From a virus, in the IMG/VR virus record IMGVR_UViG_3300032144_000009, positions 1 to 63,344 of that record: 63,344 bases of DNA, one strand, 5' to 3'. Both the position numbers and the translations under genes were made by a program. How positions within the stretch are numbered: the first letter of the stretch is position 1; the number at the start of each line of letters is the position of its first letter. A model generated the notes under the pieces. That model was not told the origin of the DNA. It saw only the letters and a program-made list of their open reading frames with translations, and made no database searches. Shown piece by piece: positions 14,605 to 23,845 of this stretch.

Positions 14605-15510
14605 ATGACACACCACATCGCTTTGCCGGACGAGCTCCGTGCGAAGATCAACAGCAACCTCGTCAACTGGCGCTGTGCGCAGGGTTACGAGACGCCACCT
14701 GAGAAGCGCATCCCGAGCTACCCGGTTTTCGTGGACCGGTTGTTCAAGGAGCTGCACCTGATCGACAGCGTCAAGCTGTCTGAGGTCCTGGATGCCATCG
14801 AACAGATGGAGGTTTCGGGCGTTGGCGCCAAGGAGTTCCTGATCAGCAAGCTGCGTCAGAGGTTCACGGCCAACGACAACCCGAACTGGTCCATGATGCA
14901 CGCTGCCATCGGTGCAGCCGGTGAAGGTGGCGAGCTGCTCGACGCCGTCAAGAAGGTGTGCATCTACGGCAAGGACTGGAACGTGCCCGACAAGGACGGT
15001 CGCACGCCCCTGGAAGGTGTGATCGAAGAGCTGGCCGACCTCAAGTTCTACGTCCGCAAGATCATGAACATCCTGGGCATCACGGACGAGGAGATCGACG
15101 CCTGCAACCACGCGAAGCTGGACAAGCGCTACACCTCGGGCACGTACAGCGACGCACAGGCCCAGGGTCGCGCAGACAAGGACAAGGGCGAGGCGTTGGC
15201 GGTTGCGTCGCCTGCGCCGGCCCCTGTCGCCGCTGTGCCGGCCGTTATCCCGCTGGGTGAACGTGTTCCTACGCGCGTCCCGAGCGAACCGCGCAAGTTC
15301 ATGGGCCAGGCTAATGGTGCGGACGTCGTACGCGAGATGGCTGCGGATCGTGCAGATGCCGAAAAGCATCGCAAGAGCTGGGACGGCTACCGTGCCGATC
15401 TGCTCCAGACGCTGGGTGCGCAGTTCGAAGCCCTGCCTATCGAGCGCCAGAAGTTGTTGCTGGATGGCTCCTTCGTCGTGGAGCTCAACATCGCTCGTAA
15501 GGGGAGTTAA
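14605..15510 (+). CDS. MazG-like nucleoside triphosphate pyrophosphohydrolase with N- and C-terminal extensions
   Basis: AAGEGGELLDAVKK ... VIEELADLKFY ... NHAKLDKRY. 301 aa. AAGGA precedes the ATG. Confidence 0.75.
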   Translation: MTHHIALPDELRAKINSNLVNWRCAQGYETPPEKRIPSYPVFVDRLFKELHLIDSVKLSEVLDAIEQMEVSGVGAKEFLISKLRQRFTANDNPNWSMMHAAIGAAGEGGELLDAVKKVCIYGKDWNVPDKDGRTPLEGVIEELADLKFYVRKIMNILGITDEEIDACNHAKLDKRYTSGTYSDAQAQGRADKDKGEALAVASPAPAPVAAVPAVIPLGERVPTRVPSEPRKFMGQANGADVVREMAADRADAEKHRKSWDGYRADLLQTLGAQFEALPIERQKLLLDGSFVVELNIARKGS

Positions 15511-15512
15511 GC

Positions 15513-16100
15513 ATGTTCGACCCCTCTGTTGTTCAGGAGGGGGCTCCCGAAGCCCCCAAGGTCGCGCTGACGTTCGACCAACTTCCTTCACGTGCAGAAC
15601 GTGATGCGAAGAACCGGACCCTCATTGCTGAAGGCAAGCTGCCCAGCGACGAGCTCGTTAAGGAAGACGTGTTCGAGTGGTACAAGCTGACCGAGACGCT
15701 CAACAAGGCCAAGGCGGCCGAGATGTTGATGCGGATCAAGATCTTCAAGACCATGTTCGTCAACCCCAAGGAAGGCACCAACAAGACCCCTCTTCCCGAC
15801 GGCTGGCAGATCAACGCGCAGCGGGTTGTCACGCGCGATGTCGACGAAGGTGTGCTGGAAGCCATGTCCGCAAAGATGCTCGGTAAGAACGATGTGCCGT
15901 GCCCTTCTGTGTTCGAGCAGAACGGCATCAATGTCAACAAGGTCTTCAAATGGAAGCCCTCGCTCGCAAAGTCGGAGTACAACACGCTCACGACTGAGCA
16001 GCAGAAGGTCGTCGACCGTGCACTGATCATCAAGGACGGCAGCCCGCAGATGAAGATCGAGCTGCCTGCCAAGAACGATCCGAACAAGCAACGGAAGTGA
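15513..16100 (+). CDS. Hypothetical protein (195 aa)
   Basis: AAGGGGAG precedes the ATG. I recognised no motif. Confidence 0.7.
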   Translation: MFDPSVVQEGAPEAPKVALTFDQLPSRAERDAKNRTLIAEGKLPSDELVKEDVFEWYKLTETLNKAKAAEMLMRIKIFKTMFVNPKEGTNKTPLPDGWQINAQRVVTRDVDEGVLEAMSAKMLGKNDVPCPSVFEQNGINVNKVFKWKPSLAKSEYNTLTTEQQKVVDRALIIKDGSPQMKIELPAKNDPNKQRK

Positions 16101-16104
16101 CCAC

Positions 16105-16608
16105 ATGCGTGTCACCCTGCTAGCTGACGCCTCCTTCTGCCCCAACACCAGAATCGCTGGGTACGGGTTCTGGATTGCGGCTGCACGGGGCAAGCTACCC
16201 GGCCACGGTGTCTTCAAGACGCTGTGCCGGGACAACGTGGTCGCAGAGATGCGCGCCATCGTGTACGCGATGCGTGCGGGTATGCAACACGGTGTCATCC
16301 AGAAGCATGATGAGCTGCTGATTCAAGTAGACTGCTTAGCAGCCATATCCGCGTTCGACGGTTCTCGAACTGAGCTCAACGAAGAGGAGAAAGCAGTCCA
16401 CAGATACTTCAAGGACCTCAAGAGGCAAGGCAGTTTTGAAATCGAGTGGCGGCATGTGAAGGGCCACTCCTCAACCACAGACGCACGGTCCCTGTCGAAC
16501 AACTCATGCGACAGACGTGCACGACGCGAAATGCGCAAAGCGCGTGACGCATTCCTACTCAAGGAGAACGAAGATGCAAAACAAGCACATCCTGACGCTT
16601 CTGCGTGA
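16105..16608 (+). CDS. RNase H (RNase HI-like)
   Basis: The D-E-D-H-D pattern is present: LLADASF, VVAEMRA, IQVDCLA, VKGH, SCDRRA. Confidence 0.75.
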   Translation: MRVTLLADASFCPNTRIAGYGFWIAAARGKLPGHGVFKTLCRDNVVAEMRAIVYAMRAGMQHGVIQKHDELLIQVDCLAAISAFDGSRTELNEEEKAVHRYFKDLKRQGSFEIEWRHVKGHSSTTDARSLSNNSCDRRARREMRKARDAFLLKENEDAKQAHPDASA

Positions 16609-17179
16609 GGACTACACCACTGTGCAGGTCATCATGGGCCAGCACAGCCTGCGGGGTTTCCAAGCTGACGCCATCGCGCATGCCAACGTCAAGGCCTATC
16701 GCGACTACCAAGTTGCAGCGGTCGAATCGTTGCAAGACCCTGCACCCTGGCAGCGCACCGTCGTCAACGGGCAGCCCGACCGTCCGAGCCGTGCGTCCCC
16801 GCACAAGCTCTACACGTACAAGGCCAAGAAGTCGCTGGGCCTGCAAGTCGGCCAGACCGTCATGGTGGAACGCGACGACATGCTCGCGTTCGCTACCGTG
16901 GTCAAGGTACACGACGTTCCCGAGATCGACCTGGACGCGCCGTTCGATTACAAGTGGATCGTCAACAAGGTGGACCGCGCCGAGTACGACCGCACGCTGG
17001 TCGAAGAAGCGAACTTCATGCAGCTGGCACGCGCCGCCGAACGCGAGCACCAGCGGGAGCTGCTGAAGGGCAAGTTCATGGAGCACCTGCCAGCCGACAG
17101 CATCGGGCGCAAGCTCTTTGACGAAGCGGTGGCCAAGTTGCAGGCCGGCCAGCTGGCTGCCCCGGGAGCGGCACAATGA
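16574..17179 (+). CDS. Hypothetical protein (201 aa)
   Basis: ATG at 16574 is preceded by AAGGAGA. It overlaps the RNase H 3' end by 35 nt. Confidence 0.6.
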   Translation: MQNKHILTLLREDYTTVQVIMGQHSLRGFQADAIAHANVKAYRDYQVAAVESLQDPAPWQRTVVNGQPDRPSRASPHKLYTYKAKKSLGLQVGQTVMVERDDMLAFATVVKVHDVPEIDLDAPFDYKWIVNKVDRAEYDRTLVEEANFMQLARAAEREHQRELLKGKFMEHLPADSIGRKLFDEAVAKLQAGQLAAPGAAQ

Positions 17180-17955
17180 AGGACATCATCAAGGTCCTCG
17201 ACCACGGGTTCGTCAAGCTGCGCAACATCGCGGGTCCGACTCGGCGCACGTTCAACCCGATCGATCCAGCGCAGCCCAACAACTGCGGCACGGAGCGGCC
17301 TTTCGACGCAGACGACACCGACGTCGCCAACGCTGCGCGTCTGTCCTTCGAAGGGCAGGACCAGGACCGCACGTACGACACGGAGATGAAGCTCAACCGC
17401 TACCTCCTCGTCAACAAGCACATGACGCCGTTCGAGACGATCGTTGTGTGGCTCGAGATGAAGCTCCCGATCTTCGTCGCCCGCCAGTTGGTACGGCAGC
17501 GCACGCAAACCATCAACGAGGCGTCGGCACGGTACATCCAACTCCCTGCTGAGTGGTACATCCCTGAGCTTGCGGATGTGCTCATCCAGTCCAAGGACAA
17601 GAAGCAAGGTGGCAAGCCCATCGACCTCAACGACCCTGTGCAGGTTGACGCGGGCGAGCGGTACCGCATGCGCCTCCAGGCCAACTGCGAGCTGTCTTAC
17701 CGCTCGTACGAGCAATCCATCGCTGACGGTATTGCGATGGAACAGGCACGCCTCGAGCTGCACGTCAACCACTACACGCACTGGATGACGACGATGAGCC
17801 TGCGCAACCTGTTCATGTCGTTCCTGGTACTGCGCGACCACAGCCACGCGCAGATCGAATCACAGCAATACGCACGAGCGACCATCCAACTCCTGGAACC
17901 GCACCTCCCCGGGCTGATGGACCTTTACAAGCTAGTTCTCAAGGAGCTTCAATGA
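17176..17955 (+). CDS. thyX: Flavin-dependent thymidylate synthase ThyX
   Basis: N-terminal VLDHGFVKLRN and the ThyX signature variant RQLVRQRTQTINEASARY. ATGA coupling on both sides. Confidence 0.85.
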   Translation: MKDIIKVLDHGFVKLRNIAGPTRRTFNPIDPAQPNNCGTERPFDADDTDVANAARLSFEGQDQDRTYDTEMKLNRYLLVNKHMTPFETIVVWLEMKLPIFVARQLVRQRTQTINEASARYIQLPAEWYIPELADVLIQSKDKKQGGKPIDLNDPVQVDAGERYRMRLQANCELSYRSYEQSIADGIAMEQARLELHVNHYTHWMTTMSLRNLFMSFLVLRDHSHAQIESQQYARATIQLLEPHLPGLMDLYKLVLKELQ

Positions 17956-18143
17956 ACAACGCAAACGACGGCGCAACCAAGGTGCCCGAGCAGATCTCCG
18001 TCAAAGGGGAATGCATGGGTCGGCACAAGCATTCGTGGCGCTGGAAAGCGGGTACGTTCACGAACCCCGAAAACCCCGCAATCAAGGAGTGCAGCACGTG
18101 CGGCACGGAGAAGGAAGTCAAGCTCGGAAGGAAGCAGGAATGA
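17952..18143 (+). CDS. Hypothetical small protein with a Cys/His cluster (63 aa)
   Basis: AAGGAG RBS. ECMGRHKH ... CSTCG. Confidence 0.55.
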   Translation: MNNANDGATKVPEQISVKGECMGRHKHSWRWKAGTFTNPENPAIKECSTCGTEKEVKLGRKQE

Positions 18144-18346
18144 ACACTCAATGCCCTCGCTGCCTGAGCAGCAGCTTCAAACCTGTGATGACGGACTTCG
18201 GCAAGGGTTGCGAGTTCTGTAAGGACTCGACGGTCATGCGTACAAGTGGCCTGACAGATAGCACCCATTACGTGAGCGTCAAACCGCTTGCGTCGGACAA
18301 CGTGATCCCGCTGCACGGCAGCCACGCAACGAGGGCCGCAGAATGA
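18140..18346 (+). CDS. Zinc-ribbon protein (68 aa)
   Basis: ATG at 18140 (ATGA overlap). CPRC ... CEFC. Confidence 0.55.
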   Translation: MNTQCPRCLSSSFKPVMTDFGKGCEFCKDSTVMRTSGLTDSTHYVSVKPLASDNVIPLHGSHATRAAE

Positions 18347-19284
18347 AACCGATGCTCGCAGATGACTACGTCGAGTCGAAACTCAAGTTCCCGCTGCTCG
18401 TGCAGCCGAAGATCGACGGGGTGCGTGCCCTCAACATGCTCGGTACGCTTACCGGCCGCTCCGGTAAGCAGCACGCGAACCGCTACACGACGCAGCTCTA
18501 CAGCGATCCTGAGCTGATGGGTCTTGATGGTGAGCTTGCCGCTGGACCTGAAACGCATTCCGATCTGTGTCGCATGACCACAAGTGCTCTCAATCGTATC
18601 GAGGGTCAGCCTTTCACGCTCTGGTGGCTGTTCGACTGGGTTGGCGAACTCACCAAGGACCTGCCCTACATCAAGCGTTACGAGATGCTCTGTGAGCGGG
18701 TTCGGCAGCTCCAACTGGTGTACGCACATCAGCGTTACGGCAGCCTGCGCGTCGTGCCGAGCAGGCTGGTGCACACGCTGGACGAGCTCAACGAGATCGA
18801 CGCACAGCATCTGGCTGAAGGATACGAAGGATCAATCCTGCGCGATCCCAACGGCCTCCACAAGCAAGGACGCAGCACTCCGACCGAAGGCGGACTGTTG
18901 CGCGTGAAGAGGTTCATCGAGGAAGAAGCGGTCGTCGTAGGGATTGAGGAAGGGCAATCCAACCTCAACGAAGCAACGCTGGACCCGCACGGGTACACGG
19001 AGCGCAGCACGCATGCTGAGAACATGGTGCCGAACGGGCTGGTCGGCAACTTGCAATGCAAGCTCTGCAAGGATGTTCGTGTCGATGGCAAGTTGATCAT
19101 GATGCAGAACCAGCTCATCACGGTTGCAGCGGGTCGGCTGGATCATGCCGAACGCAAACGCTACTTCGAGAACCAGCACGAGATCATTGGCAAGACGATC
19201 AAGTTTCAGTTCTTCCCCAAGGGTATCAAGGACAAACCGCGCTTCCCGACCTTCCAGAGTTTCCGCGCAGATAGCGATATCTGA
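18343..19284 (+). CDS. ATP-dependent DNA ligase (minimal T7-like type)
   Basis: The adenylation motif is PKIDGVR, followed by EGSILR and LLRVKRF. Confidence 0.85.
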   Translation: MKPMLADDYVESKLKFPLLVQPKIDGVRALNMLGTLTGRSGKQHANRYTTQLYSDPELMGLDGELAAGPETHSDLCRMTTSALNRIEGQPFTLWWLFDWVGELTKDLPYIKRYEMLCERVRQLQLVYAHQRYGSLRVVPSRLVHTLDELNEIDAQHLAEGYEGSILRDPNGLHKQGRSTPTEGGLLRVKRFIEEEAVVVGIEEGQSNLNEATLDPHGYTERSTHAENMVPNGLVGNLQCKLCKDVRVDGKLIMMQNQLITVAAGRLDHAERKRYFENQHEIIGKTIKFQFFPKGIKDKPRFPTFQSFRADSDI

Positions 19285-19339
19285 AGCGTGCAATATCTGG
19301 CTAAATAGCACACAATACGTGACACAGCAAAGGGGTTAA

Positions 19340-20059
19340 ATGATTCAGTTCTCTACTGCGTCCCAGGAGTCGGTCAGCAACGGTATCAAGTGCCTTGTGT
19401 ACGCCGATTCCGGCATCGGAAAGACAGTGCTTTGCGCAACGCTTCCGAAGCCCGTGCTGATCAGCGCCGAGTCCGGTGCTCTGTCCTTGCGTCGACCGAA
19501 CCTCGAGCGTCTGTTCGGTGTGGGCAACCCGTCGATCACCTATGACATGCCCATCATCAAGATCGGCAGCGTGGAAGACCTCAAGGCTGCCTACGAGTGG
19601 TGCTACACCGCGCAAGCGGCTGCCTTCGAAAGCGTGGCGCTTGACAGCATCAGCGAAATGGCGGAAGTCATTCTCAACAACGCGAAGCGGCAAGTGAAGG
19701 ACCCGCGCCAGGCCTACGGTGAGCTCATCGAGAAGATGGAGACCACTGTGCGCGCGTTCCGCGACATCCCGAACAAGCATGTGCTCGTCGTGGCGAAGCA
19801 GGAGCCCACCAAGGATGAATTGACAGGTGTGGTCAAGTACGGACCGGCCATGCCTGGATCGAAGCTCGGGAACAAACTCCCGTACTTCTTCGACGAAGTG
19901 TTTCGCCTTGGGGTCAACAAGACGCCCCAAGGCGAGTCATATCGGTTCCTGCAAACGCAGCCCGATCTTCAGTTCGTGGCCAAGGATCGTTCAGGTGTCC
20001 TGGCTGCGATGGAACCCCCTCACCTGGCTCAACTGTTCAACAAAATTCTAGGAGTCTGA
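19340..20059 (+). CDS. Sak4-like RecA-fold ATPase (AAA_24 type, recombination)
   Basis: Walker A is VYADSGIGKTVL. It has the expected size and sits next to DUF669 and an exonuclease. Confidence 0.75.
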   Translation: MIQFSTASQESVSNGIKCLVYADSGIGKTVLCATLPKPVLISAESGALSLRRPNLERLFGVGNPSITYDMPIIKIGSVEDLKAAYEWCYTAQAAAFESVALDSISEMAEVILNNAKRQVKDPRQAYGELIEKMETTVRAFRDIPNKHVLVVAKQEPTKDELTGVVKYGPAMPGSKLGNKLPYFFDEVFRLGVNKTPQGESYRFLQTQPDLQFVAKDRSGVLAAMEPPHLAQLFNKILGV

Positions 20060-20063
20060 CCAC

Positions 20064-20903
20064 ATGGCACAACTCAATTTCGACGCTTCGCGCGTCGCTC
20101 CCGACCTTGGCATGGAGGTCTTGCCTCCGGCCTGGTACAACGTTGCGATGGACGAGTCGGAGCTCAAGCCGACGAAGGACAACGCGCAGACCGGCGGCAT
20201 GTACCTGAGCTGCCGTTTCAACATCCTCGATGGCGAGTACGCCGGCCGCAAGGTGTTCACCCGTCTGAACATCAAGAACGCCAACCCGGTCGCACAAGAG
20301 ATCGCGTACAAGCAACTCAGCGCCATCGCGCACGCTGTCGGCATCCTGCAAGTGGCCGACAGCCAACAGCTCCACAACATCCCGCTGAAGGTGAAGCTGA
20401 AGGTCCGCAAGGGCAACCAAGACCCGGCCAAGGGTGACACGTACGAGGACTCGAACGAGATCACCTCCTTCAAGAACATCAATGAGCCTACCCCCGGCGC
20501 CGGCGGTCCCGCCCTGGGCATCCCCGCAGGCTTCGGCGGTCCCGCAGCACAGCCCGTGCAGCCGCCTGCCGCGTTCGGTGGTACCCAGCAACCGACTCAG
20601 CAGTTTGCGCAGCCCCAGGCCGGCGCGCAGCCGCAGCAGCCCGTGCAACAGCAGCAACCCTGGCAACCCCCGCAGGGCGGTCAGCAACCCTGGGGTCAGC
20701 AGCAACCCGTGCAGCAACAGGTCCAGCAACCTGTCCAGCAGCCCGTGCAACAGCCGCAGTTCCAGCAGCAACCGCAGTTCCAGCAACAGCCGGTTCAGCA
20801 GCCGCAGTTCCAACAGCAGCAACAGCCGGTTCAACAACCCGTGCAGCAACAGCCGAACCCGGCCGCTACCGCGCAGGTCGCCACTCCCCCGTGGCAGCGC
20901 TGA
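20064..20903 (+). CDS. DUF669-type putative ssDNA-binding protein with a long P/Q/G-rich disordered tail
   Basis: The N-terminal ~135 aa match the DUF669 pattern (GGMYLSCRFNILDGEYAGRKVFTRLNIKN). The C-terminal ~140 aa are Q/P repeats (QQPVQQPVQQPQFQQQ...). Confidence 0.7.
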   Translation: MAQLNFDASRVAPDLGMEVLPPAWYNVAMDESELKPTKDNAQTGGMYLSCRFNILDGEYAGRKVFTRLNIKNANPVAQEIAYKQLSAIAHAVGILQVADSQQLHNIPLKVKLKVRKGNQDPAKGDTYEDSNEITSFKNINEPTPGAGGPALGIPAGFGGPAAQPVQPPAAFGGTQQPTQQFAQPQAGAQPQQPVQQQQPWQPPQGGQQPWGQQQPVQQQVQQPVQQPVQQPQFQQQPQFQQQPVQQPQFQQQQQPVQQPVQQQPNPAATAQVATPPWQR

Positions 20904-20926
20904 ACTGACACGTTCTGTTCGTTGAT

Positions 20927-20953
20927 AAATGGGGGTCTGTGACCCCCATTTTT
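20927..20953 (+). terminator. Rho-independent terminator
   Basis: aaatgggggtc-tgt-gacccccattt, whose 3' arm runs into a TTTTT run (20949-20953). Confidence 0.8.
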
Positions 20954-20966
20954 AATCGGAGTTGAC

Positions 20967-21983
20967 ATGCAAGTAATTTTGGCGCCAAAGACGGTGCTTG
21001 GTATCGATGCTGCTATCAAGGCGGATCAGGGCGGTGCATACCGCGTCAATCTTGGCAAGGTCATCCCGCACATGGATGACGCGTATCGGGGTCAAGACGA
21101 CGGATTCCGTGCTCACTTGGGTGCCAGCATCGTCGGGCAGGAATGTGCGAGAGCCATCTGGTACGGTTTCAGATGGACCGCGAAAGCTAACTTCGAGGGG
21201 CGCACGCTGCGCCTCTTCAATCGCGGGCACCTGGAAGAAGCACGCTTCATTGCGATGCTGCTCACCATCGGGGTGCAGGTCTACCAGCAAGACGACAAGG
21301 GTAAGCAGTACCGCATCTATCACGCTGGCGGGCACGTAGGCGGCGCAGGTGACGGCATCGCTATCGGTATCCCGGACGTACCTGTCGGCCTGGCGATCCT
21401 GCTCGAGTTCAAGACGCACAACGACGCCAGCTTCAAGAAACTGGCGGGCGACAACTGGAAAGATTACCTCAAGTACCTCGAGAACCCGAAGGCGTTCCGC
21501 AAGCCGGTTGAGTTCAGCGGTGAAGGTGTACGCGAAAGCAAGTTCGAGCATTACGTGCAGATGCAGATGTACATGCGCAAGATGGGTTTGCCTGCCGCAC
21601 TGTACCTCGCTGTCAACAAGAACGACGATTTGCTGTACGGCGAGATCGTGCAGCTCGACACCAGCGTGGCTGACCAGTTCCTGGATCGCGGTCAGAACAT
21701 CGTGTTCCTGAAAGGCCCACCCAAGAAGATCAACGAGTCGGGTTCGTTCTATAAGTGCAAATGGTGTGACCATCACGCTGTCTGTCACGACGGTGCGCAG
21801 CCTCTTGAGAACTGCCGTACCTGCAAGTTCAGTCAACCACAACTGGACGGCTCGTGGTTGTGTACCAGCGAAGACCGTCGCCAGCTGCTGCTCGACCCCA
21901 AGCGAAACCATCTCGGTGAAGACTTCGAGTTGACGAAAGAGCGCCAGCTGATTGGATGCGATCACTATTCGGTGCTCAAATGA
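20967..21983 (+). CDS. PD-(D/E)XK (Cas4/RecB-like) exonuclease with a C-terminal Cys cluster
   Basis: GDGIAIG ... LLEFKT core. C-terminal CKWCDHHAVC...CRTC. Confidence 0.7.
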   Translation: MQVILAPKTVLGIDAAIKADQGGAYRVNLGKVIPHMDDAYRGQDDGFRAHLGASIVGQECARAIWYGFRWTAKANFEGRTLRLFNRGHLEEARFIAMLLTIGVQVYQQDDKGKQYRIYHAGGHVGGAGDGIAIGIPDVPVGLAILLEFKTHNDASFKKLAGDNWKDYLKYLENPKAFRKPVEFSGEGVRESKFEHYVQMQMYMRKMGLPAALYLAVNKNDDLLYGEIVQLDTSVADQFLDRGQNIVFLKGPPKKINESGSFYKCKWCDHHAVCHDGAQPLENCRTCKFSQPQLDGSWLCTSEDRRQLLLDPKRNHLGEDFELTKERQLIGCDHYSVLK

Positions 21984-23737
21984 CCCGTCGCACGCCACGC
22001 CCTTATCAGATCCAGGCTGTCAACTCGATCTTCGATTACTTCGCTGTCAAGGACGGCAACCCGCTTGTCGCAATGCCGACGGGCACGGGTAAGTCAGTCG
22101 TCATCGCTGCGCTGCTCGAAGCGATCTACTGGCACTGGAAGAATCAACGCGTGATGATGCTCACGCACGTGAAGGAGCTCATCCAGCAGAACTATGAGAA
22201 GCTTCTTTCCCAGTGGCCCAGCGCGCCAGTCGGTATCAACAGTGCAGGGCTCGGCAAGCGGGACTTCCACCATCCGATTATCTTCGCGGGCATTGCGTCG
22301 GTCGCAAAGCATTGGGCCAAGTTTGGGCACATTGACCTCATCTTGATCGATGAGGCACATCTTGTTTCGCCCAGCGAAGAAACGATGTACCAGGCCTTCA
22401 TCAGCGGGCTGCGTAGCATCAACCCAAAGCTGAAGGTGATCGGGTTCACTGCCACCCCGTGGCGCCTCGGGCAAGGGCTGATCACCGATGCAGGGTTGTT
22501 CACGGACATCTGCTTTGACATCACTGGTGAAGACGCGTTCAACCGGCTCATTGCGGAAGGGTACCTCTCACCACTCATCCCCAAGCGCACGACCTACATG
22601 CTTGACACGGATGGTGTGCACATGCGTGGCGGTGAGTTCATTCCTGGCGAGCTGCAAAACGCAGTTGACAAGGACGAGATCACTGAGCAAGCGTGCCTCG
22701 AGGCGATCGACAAGGCGAACGACCGGAACCATTGGCTCGTCTTCTGTGCAGGGGTTGAGCACGCTATCCACACTGCACAGATGTTGAACCAGCTCGGTAT
22801 CAGTGCTATTGCCATCCACAGCGAGATGGGTGACAAGGAACGTGACGCTGCAATCCGCGACTGGAAGGCAGGCAAGTACGGTGCAGCGACGAACAACAAC
22901 GTACTGACCACAGGCCTTGACTTTCCTGCCATCGACCTTATCCTGATGCTGCGGCCCACGCAATCGACTGTCCTATGGGTGCAGATGCTCGGTCGGGGCA
23001 CGCGCCCCAGTCCTGAGACCGGTAAGCAGAACTGTCTGGTGCTTGACTTCGCGGGCAACACCAAGCGACTCGGGCAGGTCAACAACCCGCGCATCCCACG
23101 CAAGAAAGGCGAAGCTGCGGGCGACGCTCCGGTCAAGTGCTGCGAGGTATGTGATACGTGGCAGCATGCAGCGCGCACGCACTGTGAGAACTGCGGTGCA
23201 GAGTTCCCGCCGCCCATGACGAAACTGAAGGCACAAGCAAGCACTGATGCGCTGATCAGTGGCGAGCTACCTGTGACCGAGATGTTCAAGGTCGATTACC
23301 TGACATACGCTGAGCACATCAAGCAAGGTGTCCCGCCCATGCTCAAGGTGAGCTATTACTGTGGCTTGAAGTTGTTCACGCGGTACGTCTGTATCGAGCA
23401 CAACAACTTCGCACAGCGCAAGGCGAAGCAATGGTGGCGCGAGCACACAACACAACCGTTCCCCGCTAGCACTGCGGACGCGTTGGAGGTATGCGCCGAC
23501 TATCTTAAGCCCGCGACACACCTGAACGTTTGGACCAACAAGAAGCCTTATCCGGAGATCCTGGCTGAGTGCTTTGACGGGTCTGCGTTCGGCACCATTG
23601 CCCCCACGGACGAAGTGCCCACGATTGACGTGCAGGGCACGCGTGCAGCTATGTCCGTGGAGGAGACTGCGCGCAGGTCTGACCCTGCTAACAGGGTGCC
23701 AGGGTTCGACGACCTGGATGACGACATCCCCTTCTGA
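21980..23737 (+). CDS. SF2 DEAH-box DNA helicase with a Zn finger and an SSB-type acidic C-terminal tip
   Basis: MPTGTGKSV, LIDEAHLV, GFTATPWR and QMLGRGTR motifs, plus CCEVC...CENCG. It ends FDDLDDDIPF*. Confidence 0.85.
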   Translation: MTRRTPRPYQIQAVNSIFDYFAVKDGNPLVAMPTGTGKSVVIAALLEAIYWHWKNQRVMMLTHVKELIQQNYEKLLSQWPSAPVGINSAGLGKRDFHHPIIFAGIASVAKHWAKFGHIDLILIDEAHLVSPSEETMYQAFISGLRSINPKLKVIGFTATPWRLGQGLITDAGLFTDICFDITGEDAFNRLIAEGYLSPLIPKRTTYMLDTDGVHMRGGEFIPGELQNAVDKDEITEQACLEAIDKANDRNHWLVFCAGVEHAIHTAQMLNQLGISAIAIHSEMGDKERDAAIRDWKAGKYGAATNNNVLTTGLDFPAIDLILMLRPTQSTVLWVQMLGRGTRPSPETGKQNCLVLDFAGNTKRLGQVNNPRIPRKKGEAAGDAPVKCCEVCDTWQHAARTHCENCGAEFPPPMTKLKAQASTDALISGELPVTEMFKVDYLTYAEHIKQGVPPMLKVSYYCGLKLFTRYVCIEHNNFAQRKAKQWWREHTTQPFPASTADALEVCADYLKPATHLNVWTNKKPYPEILAECFDGSAFGTIAPTDEVPTIDVQGTRAAMSVEETARRSDPANRVPGFDDLDDDIPF

Positions 23738-23770
23738 AATGTAACTCTTTGTAAGGAAGTGATTTAGTCG

Positions 23771-23799
23771 TTGACACAGTTCAATCAGTCTCCTACAGT
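23771..23799 (+). promoter_or_regulatory. Sigma70-type promoter TTGACA-17-TACAGT
   Basis: Read directly. It lies 47 nt upstream of the ATG at 23846. Confidence 0.6.
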
Positions 23800-23845
23800 A
23801 CAACTCATGCGCAACACGGTGTTGCGCACAAACAGGAGAAACGAA

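Noticed and set aside
20037-20849. A 270-aa Leu-rich minus-strand ORF.
   Set aside because: It is the reverse complement of the CAG/CCG-rich Q/P repeat of the DUF669 tail, so it is a compositional artefact.
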